A stretch of DNA of 64,000 bases from Macrostomum lignano (Eukaryota). How positions within the stretch are numbered: position 1 is the stretch's first letter; every line of letters starts with the position of its first letter. Shown one piece after another: positions 10,491 through 24,345 of the stretch. The DNA lies in NCBI GenBank assembly GCA_002269645.1, contig NIVC01000286.1, positions 314,563-378,562 of the forward strand, given 5' to 3'. The notes under the pieces are model-generated. The model was not told where the DNA came from and made no database searches. It saw nothing but the letters and a program-made list of their open reading frames with translations. A program made the position numbers and the translations under genes.

Positions 10491-13400
10491 TTTTTAGGTA
10501 AAATTTTAGTATATAGATTTAGGTAAGTTTTTAAGGTGAATAGTCAAATGCATCAACTATATATAAGGGGTTGGGGGTGTCATGCAAATTTATTGTGCCA
10601 TAAACCAAAATAATATTTTCAGAGTTTAGGGGCAATTCTGAATTTGAAAACTTGTGATTACAATTATGGAGTTAAGGAGCAATTACTAATTAGAGTTAAA
10701 AGCATGTTTTTAAGCAGAAAATATAAATGAGATTGATGTTGCCCATCATTTTATACAACACCCAGCCAACAAGATCCAACTATTGCTTCAAATCCTAATT
10801 AATTACAAATTAATTCCATTTTTTTTATTTGCTATCTTAAGGTATTAACAAGTTTTTGTTTGAATATGACTTTAAATTTGGGATTGCAATTTTGGGAACT
10901 AAGATAAGGAAAGTATTATAGGAATAGAATGGCTAATCAATTTTCTATCAATCTTGCAAGCTGGTGATGGCGAACTAAAGGTCAGTGTTAAAGATGGGCT
11001 CTAATTAGTAGCTGTCCAAGAATGATAATTAGTTAACTGTCAACTCTGAAAACTAAATCTCATTATTATTGCTCTTCTTATTCTATCTAAGCAAGTGAAT
11101 TCTATTTTGTCTATAACTCTCTCTCTGTGTATACGAGTAGTTAGTGCATTCCTTTTTGTCAGCCAAGGGTAAATATGCTTATATATATATATTTATAGAT
11201 ACAAATAGTGCATTCAAAATTGTTATCAAGAGGGTATAAGATAGTGGTTATATGGAAAGCCTACTTTTTTTATTCAAAAAATCAAAATTTCTATGCAATT
11301 TTAGATCCATGCCAATCTAAGAAAAATGCATTGTTTTACTATAGACATTTTCCAAAAAAATTGCAAATTCTTTTTTGCTATTGCTATAAATGCACTATAA
11401 TTTTGGGATTCAATGATTGGTATTTATTAGATTTTACCAATTTAGTTTCTGGTAAGGAAGACCAACCTTGCCCACCATGATTTAGTTCAAGCCTTGAATA
11501 ATAAAGTTAATGATTAATAAGCTGGTCCAAGTAAAACCTTAGAGAATTCAATTTAACTTAGTAGCTTTTTTAGTGAAATGAAGTGGAAGAAACTTATGCC
11601 ACATATACTATTGATAATTTATTTGATTTGAAAAAAAACTAAAGTAAAAGATAAAGTAGATCTCAAGGCATACATATAGAATACTAAAAACTTTAAAGCT
11701 CTAATTTTGAGAATGCCTAAGACTGGAAGGGATATATATGCAATATACTTAATGCTTTCTTAATATCAAAATTAAATACATTATTTATATAAACATATAT
11801 ATATGTATATATATAAACATCCCTAATCCCACTGATAAAAAATACATTGGCCTAATTGTAGATAGAAGATACAATATTACTAGGGAAAATAGAATTTATA
11901 CTTGCTAAAATATAATCAAAAAACCAATATTAACCCCTAGCCCATAGTTTGGATTAGATCATATATTAGTGTTTGCCAGGTATAATGCTGGAAAAGAATG
12001 ACGAGACCTTGTTTGTACACTGGGTTTGTGCACCAATACAAAAATTTGTCATTTGATACAATATATCTGCTATGTTATATATGCCAGTATATAACATAGC
12101 AGATATCTTGATATATGCTGAAAATAGTAAGACCCTTGTTGTATGCCGGATTTCCTGGTGTACATGTTGCTTTCCCAACCATGGGCCCTAGCCAATGAGT
12201 ATACTTTAAGTCAAGACATTGAATTGCCATATTCTCCACACTCTGGATCATGTAGTATATGCCCAAAAATTTGGGCATGCATTGGCCTTGCATGCTAAAA
12301 GTAGGTCTGCACAATTGGCGTGCATCATTCCTAAGAAAATAATATGCATGCATACTTAGCATAGGGAATCACATATATAATCACATAGAGGAGTTATTTT
12401 GAAATAGAATAAAGATAAAAAAGTTCATTTTTAAGTATAAATTTCAAGGTTTCCAGGTTTTTAAGCTCATATAGAAGCATTTAAACAAATTTATATGTGT
12501 ATCAATTTTCTACTAGAAATAGTATTGCTAAAAAAGCAGAAAAATTAACCAATTTATCTGCCAAAAAGGATTGATTACACAATTCAAAAAAGGTCATTTA
12601 TTGTCACAACATTGGCATAGTTTTGAGAATAGGCATGCACTCAAAAGTTTGGTATGCATTTATAATTATTTGATTTTTGTTTAGGCATGCACCCAATATG
12701 ATCTGGACTATGGCATATCTAAAGGCTATCTAGCAAAGAGAAGGCTAAGGAAAACATAGTTTGGCACATTTGAAAGAACTAAAGATTTTGCTATAATTAG
12801 GGGCCTATTTCTTACTATACTAGTAACTAACTAGGTAGATAAGCACTATTAGATAATTGAGTAGGCTAAGGTCAAATCAAAATGCAAATCTAATAAAAAT
12901 CAATATTATCATAGAATAAAACCTAAAATTTATATAAAATAAAGACAAAAGTATTATTATCTATAAATAATCAGTATTTCTATAAATCTATCATTAAAAC
13001 TATTAGAAATTTTATTTATTAATTTAATTAGGCCTAGGATTAGAATCCAAACTAAGTCTAAAAATAAATAAATTAGGCTATATATTTAATATTAATAATT
13101 ATAAAAATAAATTTAGAGAAGACTTTTAAATTTCAAGACTTTAAAGTGTGGAGTCCTGTAGTTAGAGACTTAGAAATCTTAAAATCTTAACCCTTCTTAT
13201 ATGCGGCATGCTACTGACTTAACGATGATTATGTTGACTTATCTATACATATACAATTTTATATAACACTGGTACACGAATGGCAAGTCCACTGGAACGT
13301 GAACCCTGAAACTTGCTGCAGCAACGACGAGATATAAGTGAGTCAAAAACCAAAAACGAATCAAGTCAAGTCAAAATTTTAAATTTGCGAAAAGAGTCGT

Positions 13401-13649
13401 TTAACAAAAGCAGGTTTAAATAAACAGAGAAACACGCTAAACGCTATTGTTTCACTGTTTTTAACTAAGAGTATCACTATTATTTTCAGTTTTGAAATAA
13501 ATTACCACCAGTAGTCAATCTTTCCCGCTAAACCAGCTGGCCTTGCCCAGTTGAGGGTCTAATACTCTAAAAGATCGTTGGTTCCACTTTTTCATTTGAC
13601 CCTTTGAGGTCCACAATGACCGAAAGTCCAAGGAGGCAAGGACTATTTA

Positions 13650-16600
13650 TAAAGACTAACTAACATACGATATCTACATGTACATGTAAGTCGTCCTTGT
13701 GGAGGTCTATGTACAGTCGATGCAGTCTTGTACAATAAGCGTATGTTGTGCTCGCCTCGCTCTGTCCCAGGCTGCCGCGTCGTCGAGGACCGCCGGGGTG
13801 GCGACTGGCTGCCAGGATGCGTTGAAAGGCGGTGCCGTGAAGATAGACGGCTTCATGAGCCGGCATGGAACCGCGGGCCAACGGAAATATTGTGACAAAG
13901 GTGTTCTGGGCGAACGGAATAGATAGAAGCTTGTGTTGTGCTGGAGGACAGGGAGCATCTGAGTCTCACAATGAAGTTCGGCAGAGGCCATGGTGGGTGG
14001 TAGTGCAACCAGTAATGCTCCGGATAGCCGCATTTAAACCACTTTGAATCAAGATTGAATCCCAGGAGTTTAGGATAGAGGGCCTGGGGAAGACCGACAC
14101 CATCAAAGTTGACCTCGAGAGCCCTGGCGTATTCACGCTGGTCGGGGTGAATAACGTCGTCGTGCACTTTGCGGCCGAGACCTTGATCTTGCGGGCGTCG
14201 AGAAACGCGCCAGACGCGCGAGGTAGGCGTTCAGCCGCTCTTGGATGTTGGAGATTGAAGGGGAAGATGCCGCCAGTCAGGTCGTCGGCGTATCCGATAC
14301 GGCTGGAGTCGGGATTGTCCGGCGTTGGGGTGTTCTTCAGATAAAAGGCGAAGAGGAGCGGGCTATCGCGCTGCCCTGGGCCATGCCCATGCGAGCTTGG
14401 CGCCAGGCGGACTAACAGTCGCGTAGCACGGTGGGGGCTATAGGCGTCCGAGCAGCCATGCAGCCTTTGATAAGGTTCGGCAGGTCAGAGTTAAAAATAT
14501 CAGTGATAAGCTCACAGTGGTCAACGCAATCAAAGTTCAAGGGCTACTGCGCCGGTTATCACCGGGGGGCTTGGCTTGGCAGAATTCAGCACCGATCTGC
14601 TCAACGATCTGGCACACAGCTGTGGTAGTGGAATGCATCGGGCGGAAGCCATGCTGCCAAGCAGGGAGCTTCAGGTGATCGGTCAGGAGAGGTAACAGCA
14701 GCTTCTCGAAGATTTTCGTAAGCGAGGAGAACAAGATCGGGAAGTGGCGCCATCATCTTGAGGCTTGCCGCTCTTGATAAGCGGGTAGATCAAGGATTTT
14801 TTCCACACCGCAGGAATTTTATGATGATGCAGTGAAAGATTAAACGGGCCGAGGAGCGCACTGATGGAATGGCCTTCGAAAGTTTGGAGCGTTTGATGGC
14901 CTGAACAAGATTGTCTTTCGAGAAGTACAGGGTGGTCAGGTCTTCGCGTGGGAGGGCGGCAACTTTTCGGCGGACGAAACGCATAGCGGGATTCCTACAG
15001 TGAGCTCGCACAGTGCGCTCGCGGTTGCGTGGACTGTTGATTGAGCCGATTGGCCACCCCTGTGTCGCTCTTGGTCGGTTTTCCAGCGAAGCTGAGGACC
15101 GTATTACAAGCAGAGGACGTGACGCGGCCCGATGATGATGCACCACAACTGATGTTCCAGCGGGTGCGACGCTCTTCTTCAACCTGTGAGGTGATGAGGC
15201 TCTGGAGCTCAGGGATCTGTGGGTTACTGGGGTCGGCACAGCGCAGCTTGTCACGTTTTGTTTGGAGGTGGCGAATTTCAGCCGGACAAGACGAGGTTTC
15301 TTGGCGCTGTAATCTGCCTTCTGGGATGGCTGCCATCATCGCCTTCAGAATGAGCCGGCGAAGGCTTTTCTCGACGCCGTGGGCGTTGCCGTCGGTGCTG
15401 AAGTTGGACAACGAGTCATCCAGCATAGAGCTGATGAGGTTCTAGTTGGCGCGGCGGAAATTAATTAAGCAGCGTTTGGTGGCCCCCAGCGATCTGGCCG
15501 AAACAGGAGAGGATCGGCAGGTGGCCGCTAGAGAGCGTTGGCAGGATGGAGTGCTCGCGCTGAGAAGTAGCGGCTGGTGTACTGCCATGACATTGGGGGT
15601 CTGTGGCTTGGGACTCTTGATTGTACCGGTACGGATAGGAAGTCGTACGGGACTGCTTTAGCTTGGCTGGCCAGCAAATCACCACGAGGGGTGGAGTCGA
15701 GGTCGGACTCCCACGCGGCATGGTGAGCGTTCCAGTCCCCGCAGACGATGGTTGGCGTGTCGGTGAGAGGAGCATGCTGATGTCAGGTATGAAACCGGTG
15801 GCGCAGCTGCTGACGGTCGGGAAGTAAGTGTTGAAGACCCGAATGACGTGGTTGCTCGTCCAATGAAGGTAGATTCCTTGCGCTTCTACCGGTTCGGGAG
15901 CGAGGTCGGCACAGTTGGCGGGCTTGAACCGGATGGAGTCGAGGATGTAGAGGAGGAGGCCGCCACCTTTGGAGCGCAGGCGGTCTGAATGGACACAGGA
16001 GTAACCGGGTAGAACAGGATCGGCGGCGTTGCTAGTGAGCTCAGTCTCCTGGATGGCGATCACGTGCGGTTTGACGTTGCGGCTGAGGTATTCGAGCTCC
16101 TTGATTTTGTTGCTAATTACATTGGTGGTTCATTGAAGAACTTTATTGTTAGCTGAGGCGGTAGGTTTGGCTGGGGTGCTGGTTTGAGTGCTGCTGTTTT
16201 CTTTTTTGTTTGATTTTTTAGAACTTTTTAAACTTTTTAAATTTTTTTGTTTATGGTAAGTAAAGATCCGGCGGAGGTGCTGGCGTTTAAGGTTACAGTC
16301 GGTGCAGTGTTGCTGCTGGGCGTCAGGCTGCTAGTAGGACAGCAGGGCCAATGTAGGCTGGGCTCCAACCGGAGGCGAGGATCCCAGCGCAGTTGACGTC
16401 TTTAACTCTGCAAAGTGAAGCCAGGATTGACAGACTACCGACGGGAAAGAACCCCAGCTTGCAGCGTCCACACAGGTAGATCTTCGGCGGTCCTGGGTTT
16501 CGTTCAACGCCTCTGGCTCTGATGATGATGAGGCGAGCCAGCCAAGCCGGCTTAAGTGGTCCTCAAATGAAAAAGGCGCTTGAGGAAGTCCAACAGAGTT

Positions 16601-16760
16601 CAGCGCTGCACAGAAAGCGCAATCCCGGGTTGAGAGAGTGCGGTACATTTGGTCCGGCCAGTGCCAGAGTCGCCTCCACTGGCCGATTGAGAACGGATAA
16701 CGCTTCACGGGACGAAGCCGGACCATTTTGGAGACCCTTTCACCGACGCGGGTTCAGGGC
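13650..16760 (-). mobile_element. Decayed non-LTR retrotransposon (2A-like/PHD - APE endonuclease - RT)
   Basis: Endonuclease VIAIQETEL...SKGGGLLLYI (16063-15461); RT motifs KIFEK, QHGFR, FDCVDH, SPLLFAFY, YADD (14281-14292); many frameshifts. Confidence 0.85.
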
Positions 16761-16764
16761 TCCT

Positions 16765-17460
16765 CCTCGCTCTGGTCTTGATAGACGGCCCTGATGGGCT
16801 TCCTGTTCTCGTGGCCACTGAAGTTCAAGCCGCGCTGCTGACTGCTAGGGCCCTTCCAACGCTGGTCTTTTGACTCGCTAGACAGGCGACCTCCAAGTGG
16901 CCCAGCTTGTCATAGGCGTGACACTTGGTTTTCGCATTCAGTCGACAGGTACTGCCTGGAGCCGCAGCGCATGCAGGGTGACGCGGCTTTACCGACCAGA
17001 TTGACCTCCAACTTGGCGCGCCAGCTGTTGGCCTCCGCTTCCGCGATTTCTGCTGCTTGAGCGATTTCCTTTGCTTTCTCGAGCGTCAGGGTGTAATTCA
17101 ACAACCGCTTTTTCACTTGCGGCTCCCGTAGTCCACTGAAGAAGCAGTTACGCAGTGCGACTTCCAGAAAAGTGCCGATGTTGCAGGTCTCCTCCAGAAC
17201 TGCGCCGCCGACTGACCGACTCTCCGTCCTTGTAGAAGCGAAACCGCTCGGCAATGACCTTCTTTTGGAAGAAGGCTTCCCTCCCGAGCACAGATTTTGT
17301 AAGGTCGCACTCGCAGAGCTTTGGCGGCTGATTAAAGTAAAAACACCGCTTTCTTCTGGCTGTCGTCCTTGATTCTGTTTGCGCTCATATAGAGGGCGAG
17401 GCGCTGCGCTCCTCGTAGGTGCAACCAGTCTTTTCCCTCCTCGAAAGGCTCCACCATGCC
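16765..17460 (-). mobile_element. Ty3/Gypsy-type gag remnant
   Basis: MVEPFEEGKDW...ANRIKDDSQKKAVF; TLQNLCSGGKP; FFSGLREPQVKKRLL..TLTLEKAKEIAQA; two degenerate CCHC knuckles (CMRCGSRQYLSTEC, CHAYDKLGHLEVAC); frameshifted. Confidence 0.75.
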
Positions 17461-17743
17461 GATCTGACTCCAAAATGAAATGAAATGAAAGACAAAATGT
17501 GTGTGTGTGAACCTCGCAGGCTGTTTTATAATTATTCCACTGCACCCCTGCAGGGGTAGCACAATCCCAACCAGGCCTCTGTTTGCTGGGGTGCGGGGTG
17601 CAGACAGGCAGACTTTTGTGGGCATTGGGCGTACAGTGATGACCGTGCGGCCGGACAAAGACCAGCGCCTGGTGTGTGGACTGTGGGGAATGAGTCCCGA
17701 ATAGACAGACACTACCAATAATTAATGCATTTTGCCGCTAAAG

Positions 17744-18119
17744 CAGGGGTCGGCCAACTTTTTTTTACCTCAATGGCCAGATAGAGAATCTAGTAGCGCT
17801 AGCGTATAACTACGGGCGAGAGGAGGGAGAGAGGAGAGAGGTGAGATATGAGACATTGGGAGAAAGCAGAGGCGAGAGGCGAGAGGCTAGACGAGGCAAA
17901 AAGAGAGGAGACGATGAGGAAAGAAGAGAGATGAGAGAGGGAGAGGAGAGAGGATGAAGGAAAGAAAAAGAGAGAGAGGAGATTAGAGAAAGGAGAGCTG
18001 AGAAGAGACACCTACCTTGAGCGGGCCGGATTGCTATTGTGAAGCAAAAACATCTTAAGTTCTTGAGAAGTCCTTGTTGTGAAGTTTCAAAGTTCACGGA
18101 TGTGGCCCGCGAACCCCTG
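17744..18119. mobile_element. hAT-type MITE with GA-rich interior
   Basis: Termini CAGGGGTCGGCCAAC ... GCGAACCCCTG; no clear target-site duplication. Confidence 0.5.
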
Positions 18120-18957
18120 CCTCCAAAAAGTAGTCGTACATTTATGAGCTATATTTACCTGAAACAAGCATAACGAAGTAGTTACATTAAATAATTATAT
18201 TATAAAACTTAAACACTAAATCCTAAATATTTCAAGCCCCTCAAAAATGATTTCTGAATTCACAAATACCATAAGAATTATTTCAACAATTCTATCGGTT
18301 TTATTGTAAATAAAAATACACTTATTAGCAAACGTAACAAGAAATATGGTATTAGGAACGTTCCTAAATCCTATTTTGAAGCGGAAATTGCGCAAAAAAT
18401 CAATTTTGTTCCAACTGAAACAATAAAATTCTGATTTTGTGCGCCTGCAGACGATTCCGTCAAATATAATTTACTGACTGCATGTGCAAAAATCTAATTG
18501 TTGATTCAGAACCTCAATTCAAACGATCGAGCGTATGAAGAGCAATCTTCCCTCTTCCCCACTTCCGATTAAAAATATAGCGGCTCTCAGGAAGTGACGA
18601 AAACCAACTACGTCTGTATCTGACCACAGGACGATGGCAGAGCAGTTGAGGAAGCCTTATCTGCATATATTTATGTAAGTATTCCAGAAAAACAGTACAA
18701 AAGTGCAACTCGAAAGGCTACATGTACAGCTTTTAAATGTTACGTACACGATAAATTTCTCATCAAAGCTCGTGATTGGCTAGAGAAATTTATCGCCACG
18801 AGTGCCACAGGATGGCTTCAGAATGAATTGCACGAGGCAGGTTTTACCATAGACAAAAGCTCCTCAACAGTGAGCGCGTCTTTACAGACGCGGATTTACG
18901 CAGATGCAGATTTACTAGAGACAATGGTTGCTAATTAATGACGATCAAATGGACGAC

Positions 18958-20188
18958 TAGGGAATACAAAATCCCGAATTTTCCCAATCCCGGGACTCAC
19001 GGGATCGAGATATCTGACTTTGCCAATCCCAGAACTCACGGGATCGAGATATCTGACTTTGCCAATCACGGGACTCACGGGATCGAGATATCTGACTTTG
19101 CCAATCACGGGACTCACGGGATCGAGATATCTGACTTTGCCAATCACGGGACTCACGGGATCGAGATATCTGACTTTGCCAATCACGGGACTCACGGGAT
19201 CGAGATATCTGACTTTGCCAATCCCGGGACTCACGGGATCGAGATATCTGACTTTGCCAATCACGGGACTCACGGGATCGAGATATCTGACTTTGCCAAT
19301 CCCGGGACTCACGGGATTGAGATATCTGACTTTGCCAATCCCGGGACTCACGGGATCGAGATATCTGACTTTGCCAATCACGGGACTCACGGGATTGAGA
19401 TATCTGACTTTGCCAATCCCGGGACTCACGGGATTGAGATATCTGACTTTGCCAATCCCGGGACTCACGGGATCGAGATATCTGACTTTGGGATCCCGAC
19501 AAATTGGGCCGGGATCCCGATCCCGGGATTGAAAAAGTTTCAAATCTAATTGTTGGTGCAATTTCGGTTTACTAAGCCCTCTAACCTGGTTTTAAAGGGC
19601 TTTCAATAATAAATGTAGAAAAAAAATTGCAAACAAGAAACTGACAGTGAGCCCTGAATTGGAGTGTGATGTACGCGCTGGCGTAAGATGTGCTTTTTTA
19701 CATGCCAGTATCAGCTCAGGAAAATCACAGTTGATTGTGATGCAACCTGGGGAATGATAGCTTACTGAGCTATCGTCCCAGGTACTGACACCAGGTTAGA
19801 AGGGGATCAGACATCACCCTCCCAGGGGCACCCGCCCTAGATGGAGAATGGGTAGCTTGGTTTGTGGTCCGATAGCAAGGTCCCACTGTTCTAATCCCAA
19901 CTACGGCCAAGGAGTTTTGAAGGTAGGGACTGCTTAAAGTAGTTCTACATTATTACACCGTAAATTACGACCTGCTAACAGTTTCTGTTTTGTATTCCTG
20001 TTGCCCTATAGCCTCTACTCACTAGCCTGCATGCTTAAAAGATTGAGAAATCAAAGTAAGACAACTGGGTTATGGTTTTCAACTGACAAGTATCTCAGCT
20101 GCAGATACTACTATTCGCGAATTAATGATTTAATTACCGCAAAGCCGGATCGGGATCCCAATGGTCAATCTCGGGATTGTATTCCCTA
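18958..20188. mobile_element. hAT-type non-autonomous element containing a 39-bp tandem array (~18985-19490)
   Basis: TIR TAGGGAATACAA..TCCCG / CGGGATTGTATTCCCTA; flanked by near-duplicated 8-mers TGGACGAC / TAGACGGC; unit GGGACTCACGGGATCGAGATATCTGACTTTGCCAATCCC. Confidence 0.75.
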
Positions 20189-21661
20189 TAGACGGCTGTT
20201 CATAAGTTTCATAGAAAATGATTGCTACAGAAAAGCTCTCAAAAGTGGTTATCCGTTGCTAATTTTGTAGCTACAGACTCTTGACTCTTTAAATCATCAC
20301 TTTTAGAGAAGTTGCGACGTGGTGCAGGTCCACCGTAAAAATAAATTTTCAAATTATTATCAATAACGATCAATAAGATAAGAAATTGTTTTATTACATG
20401 GTTTATTTATATATATTCTACTATCAAATGATGAGATTATCTGCAAGAATGTTAACAGCAGCAACTTAGTATAATTATATGTTATAGCACTGTATAAGCA
20501 TATAAGTTCGGCCCATTGTTGGGTGCGCAAAAGCCGCTCAGGCAGCGGTAGCCATAATATGCTTGGGTAGACTTTGAATTAAATAACATTAACGCGTAAA
20601 CAGCGTGCGTACAATTAACGTAAAACTTCAGGTAATAACTTTGAGAGAGTTTGGAAGCATAGCTGACTGTAATAGATGACTCATGTTTTACATTATGCAT
20701 CAGTCAAAACAAACAAAGCAATGAGGGGGGTCGAGGAAGATTAAACAGGCAATTTCAATTCATTTATAGATATAGACAGGAATTGACTACTGCAAAAATA
20801 GTTTCGTTATTAGAGAAATGAGTAGTGAAATATGGATTGGTGCAATTCACGATTGCACATTTTTTAAAGTACAATTGCAGGGTAAAAGTCTACATATTGC
20901 AGTGAGTCAAAATGTGTATACTAGATTTCTTAGAAATGAGCAGGGAGGCCATAGACAAAATAGGTCATGAAAAAACTGATTTCCCGAGAGCATTGTCCTT
21001 ATAGCTACTGGCCTAGCAGCTCATGTCCACCGTCCTTCAGTTATCCATGTGGGGAATAGCCTCTGAACAGCTTTGAACAACTCTTTCACAAGTAAAATCA
21101 AATATCATAGCAGAATCAAATCAAACTGCATTGCTGAGTCAGCAAATAAAAATTTGAAACCGGCATTGAGAAAAACAATCATTGAAGTTTGATGAATAGT
21201 GAAGCTACGATAGGCAAATGGGAACAAAGAAAGACGGAAGGTATAGCTCCATGGGGACACACACATGCAGAGACATTGAGGATCAAGACGGGCATCGAAG
21301 CAAATCAAATATATCGACAAACATATATAGGTTATTGCGATAATATGTATCTCATAGACAGAACATATGAGAAATGAGTTAAAAGTCATTTGAGACCTCG
21401 GACTTGGGGGGGGGGTAAGTTTAGTGGCGCAACTTGGACTCAAACTAACGCTATTTTTGACGCTGTTAATTTTGTTAGGTTAACTCAATTTTAAAGATCC
21501 TGAGCGTATGAGCCTATAAATGACTGACAGGAATTTCGAGAACACCATAAAGTTCAAGCCCTCCTTCATGACACTCTGCTCTGGCTGTCCATGCAGGACT
21601 AAAAAAACTGGTGCATTCTCAACTATTTCTTAAAATAACATCATCTTAGCCGCAGAAAAAT

Positions 21662-22042
21662 TCAGGTAGGAACGGCTCCGGCTTCACCGTCAGCCAGTGA
21701 TGAAGCATTCGAGTTCGAGCAGCAGTCGACAAAGTCTACATCGTCGTCTTGGTCCTGACCGTCGGTCTCGTCGTCCTGGAGCAGACCGCAGCTGCCGTCG
21801 CTGTCTCCGACAACAGAGCGTCGGTTTTGATGCCGTCGACTGCCGCAGGCGGCAACTGCAGCGGCAGCTGCGGCGGCTGCCGCAGCGACAGAAGCTGCCG
21901 ACGAAGTTGTCGTTGTCGACGACGAGGTTGGCGGCCCTGTCGGCGGCGGCGGCGGGTGCTGGGCGCCAGGTCGGCGCGATGTGGCGGCATTGTCGGCGGC
22001 GTGTTTCTTGCGCCACTTGGTGCGCCGGTTCTGGAACCAAAC
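21662..22042 (-). CDS. Nkx6: NK6 homeobox protein, exon 3
   Basis: Acceptor cccatgcag|GTT; VWFQNRRTKWRKKHAAD completes the homeodomain; stop at 21662-21664. Confidence 0.92.
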   Translation of the reverse strand, partial: VWFQNRRTKWRKKHAADNAATSRRPGAQHPPPPPTGPPTSSSTTTTSSAASVAAAAAAAAAAVAACGSRRHQNRRSVVGDSDGSCGLLQDDETDGQDQDDDVDFVDCCSNSNASSLADGEAGAVPT

Positions 22043-22154
22043 CTGCATGGGGAACAAGGGGTATTTGGGATGGGAGACGTTGATCAATGGCTCAAATGTT
22101 GAAGTGCTTGAAGGTTTATTAGGACACAGGATACCTTGAGGCTAAATTCGGAGA

Positions 22155-22825
22155 GCTTTAGCACCAGGGGCTTTAGCACCAGAGGCTTTATCACCAGAGG
22201 CTTTAGCACCAAGGGGCTTTAGCACCAGGGGCTTTAACACCACCAGGCGCCAGCACCAGAGGCGCCAGCACCAGATGCGCCAGCACCAGAGGCGCCAGCA
22301 CCAGAGGCGCCAGCACCAGAGGCGCCAGCACCAGAGGCGCCAGCACCAGAGGCGCCAGCACCAGAGGCGCCAGCACCAGAGGCGCCAACACCAGAGGCGC
22401 CAGCACCAGAGGCGCCAGCACCAGAGGCGCCAGCACCAGAGGCGCCAGCACCAGAGGCGCCAGCACCAGAGGCGCCAGCACCAGAGGCGCCAGCACCAGA
22501 GGCGCCAGCACCAGAGGCGCCAACACCAGAGGCGCCAGCACCAGAGGCGCCAGCACCAGAGGCGCCAGCACCAGAGGCGCCAGCACCAGAGGCGCCAGCA
22601 CCAGAGGCGCCAGCACCAGAGGCGCCAGCACCAGAGGCGCCAGCACCAGAGGCGCCAGCACCAGAGGCGCCAGCACCAGAGGCGCCAGCACCAGAGGCGC
22701 CAGCACCAGAGGCGCCAGCACCAGAGGCGCCAGCACCAGAGGCGCCAGCACCAGAGGCGCCAGCACCAGAGGCGCCAGCACCAGAGGCGCCAGCACCAGA
22801 GGCGCCAGCACCAGAGGCGCCAGCA
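22155..22825. repeat. 15-bp minisatellite (CCAGAGGCGCCAGCA), preceded by variant CTTTAGCACCAGGGG units
   Basis: Near-perfect tandem array in Nkx6 intron 2. Confidence 0.92.
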
Positions 22826-23429
22826 TTCGGGAATTCGTAGCAGAAAGTTTGTCTAGCGTTGAAACTTGTTTTGAAAAACCATTAAAAGTTCCAGCCATCG
22901 CAGACAGAGCTACAAACGATTTGGTTTATTTAGGGAAATAAGAGCCGTGTACATGTAGCACATGGATCCCAATCTTATTACTGTTTTATTGTGTCTCGCA
23001 AAGAAAGCAGGGATTGAATTTCAAAATGCAATTTTTTTTCAGCTCGCAAAACCGACTCGAATAAAAGCTTGAACGGGAAAGCAAAGTAAAGGGCGGTTGT
23101 AAATCCCGTATTTATTATTTTCCTTCAAATTCGAGATCCTCAATATGAATGATTATGGAGTTATATGGCCGCTCAGTCAATGTTGCTGCGTGCGCTGCAC
23201 GAAACCAACGTGCGGTGGTGCATATCTGTATTCGATTCTTGGGATTTCAAGGCCATTGTGGCTGGTGTGAAAGAGGGGTTAGCTTTGTTTAATTGCTGCA
23301 GTTAATTGTTTTATGACTGTCGGAAATGGGAAAAGCATGCTTTCGGCGGGACTTCGTGTAGAGATGGGACGAAAATTAATTCATGGTTGTTGCATAGGAC
23401 CACATGGTGCAAAAAATTCATGATTACAT

Positions 23430-24345
<916 letters not shown>

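Noticed and set aside
18935-19561. 13-aa repeat ORFs on both strands (PGTHGIEISDFAN)
   Set aside because: 39-bp array inside a TIR-bounded non-autonomous element.
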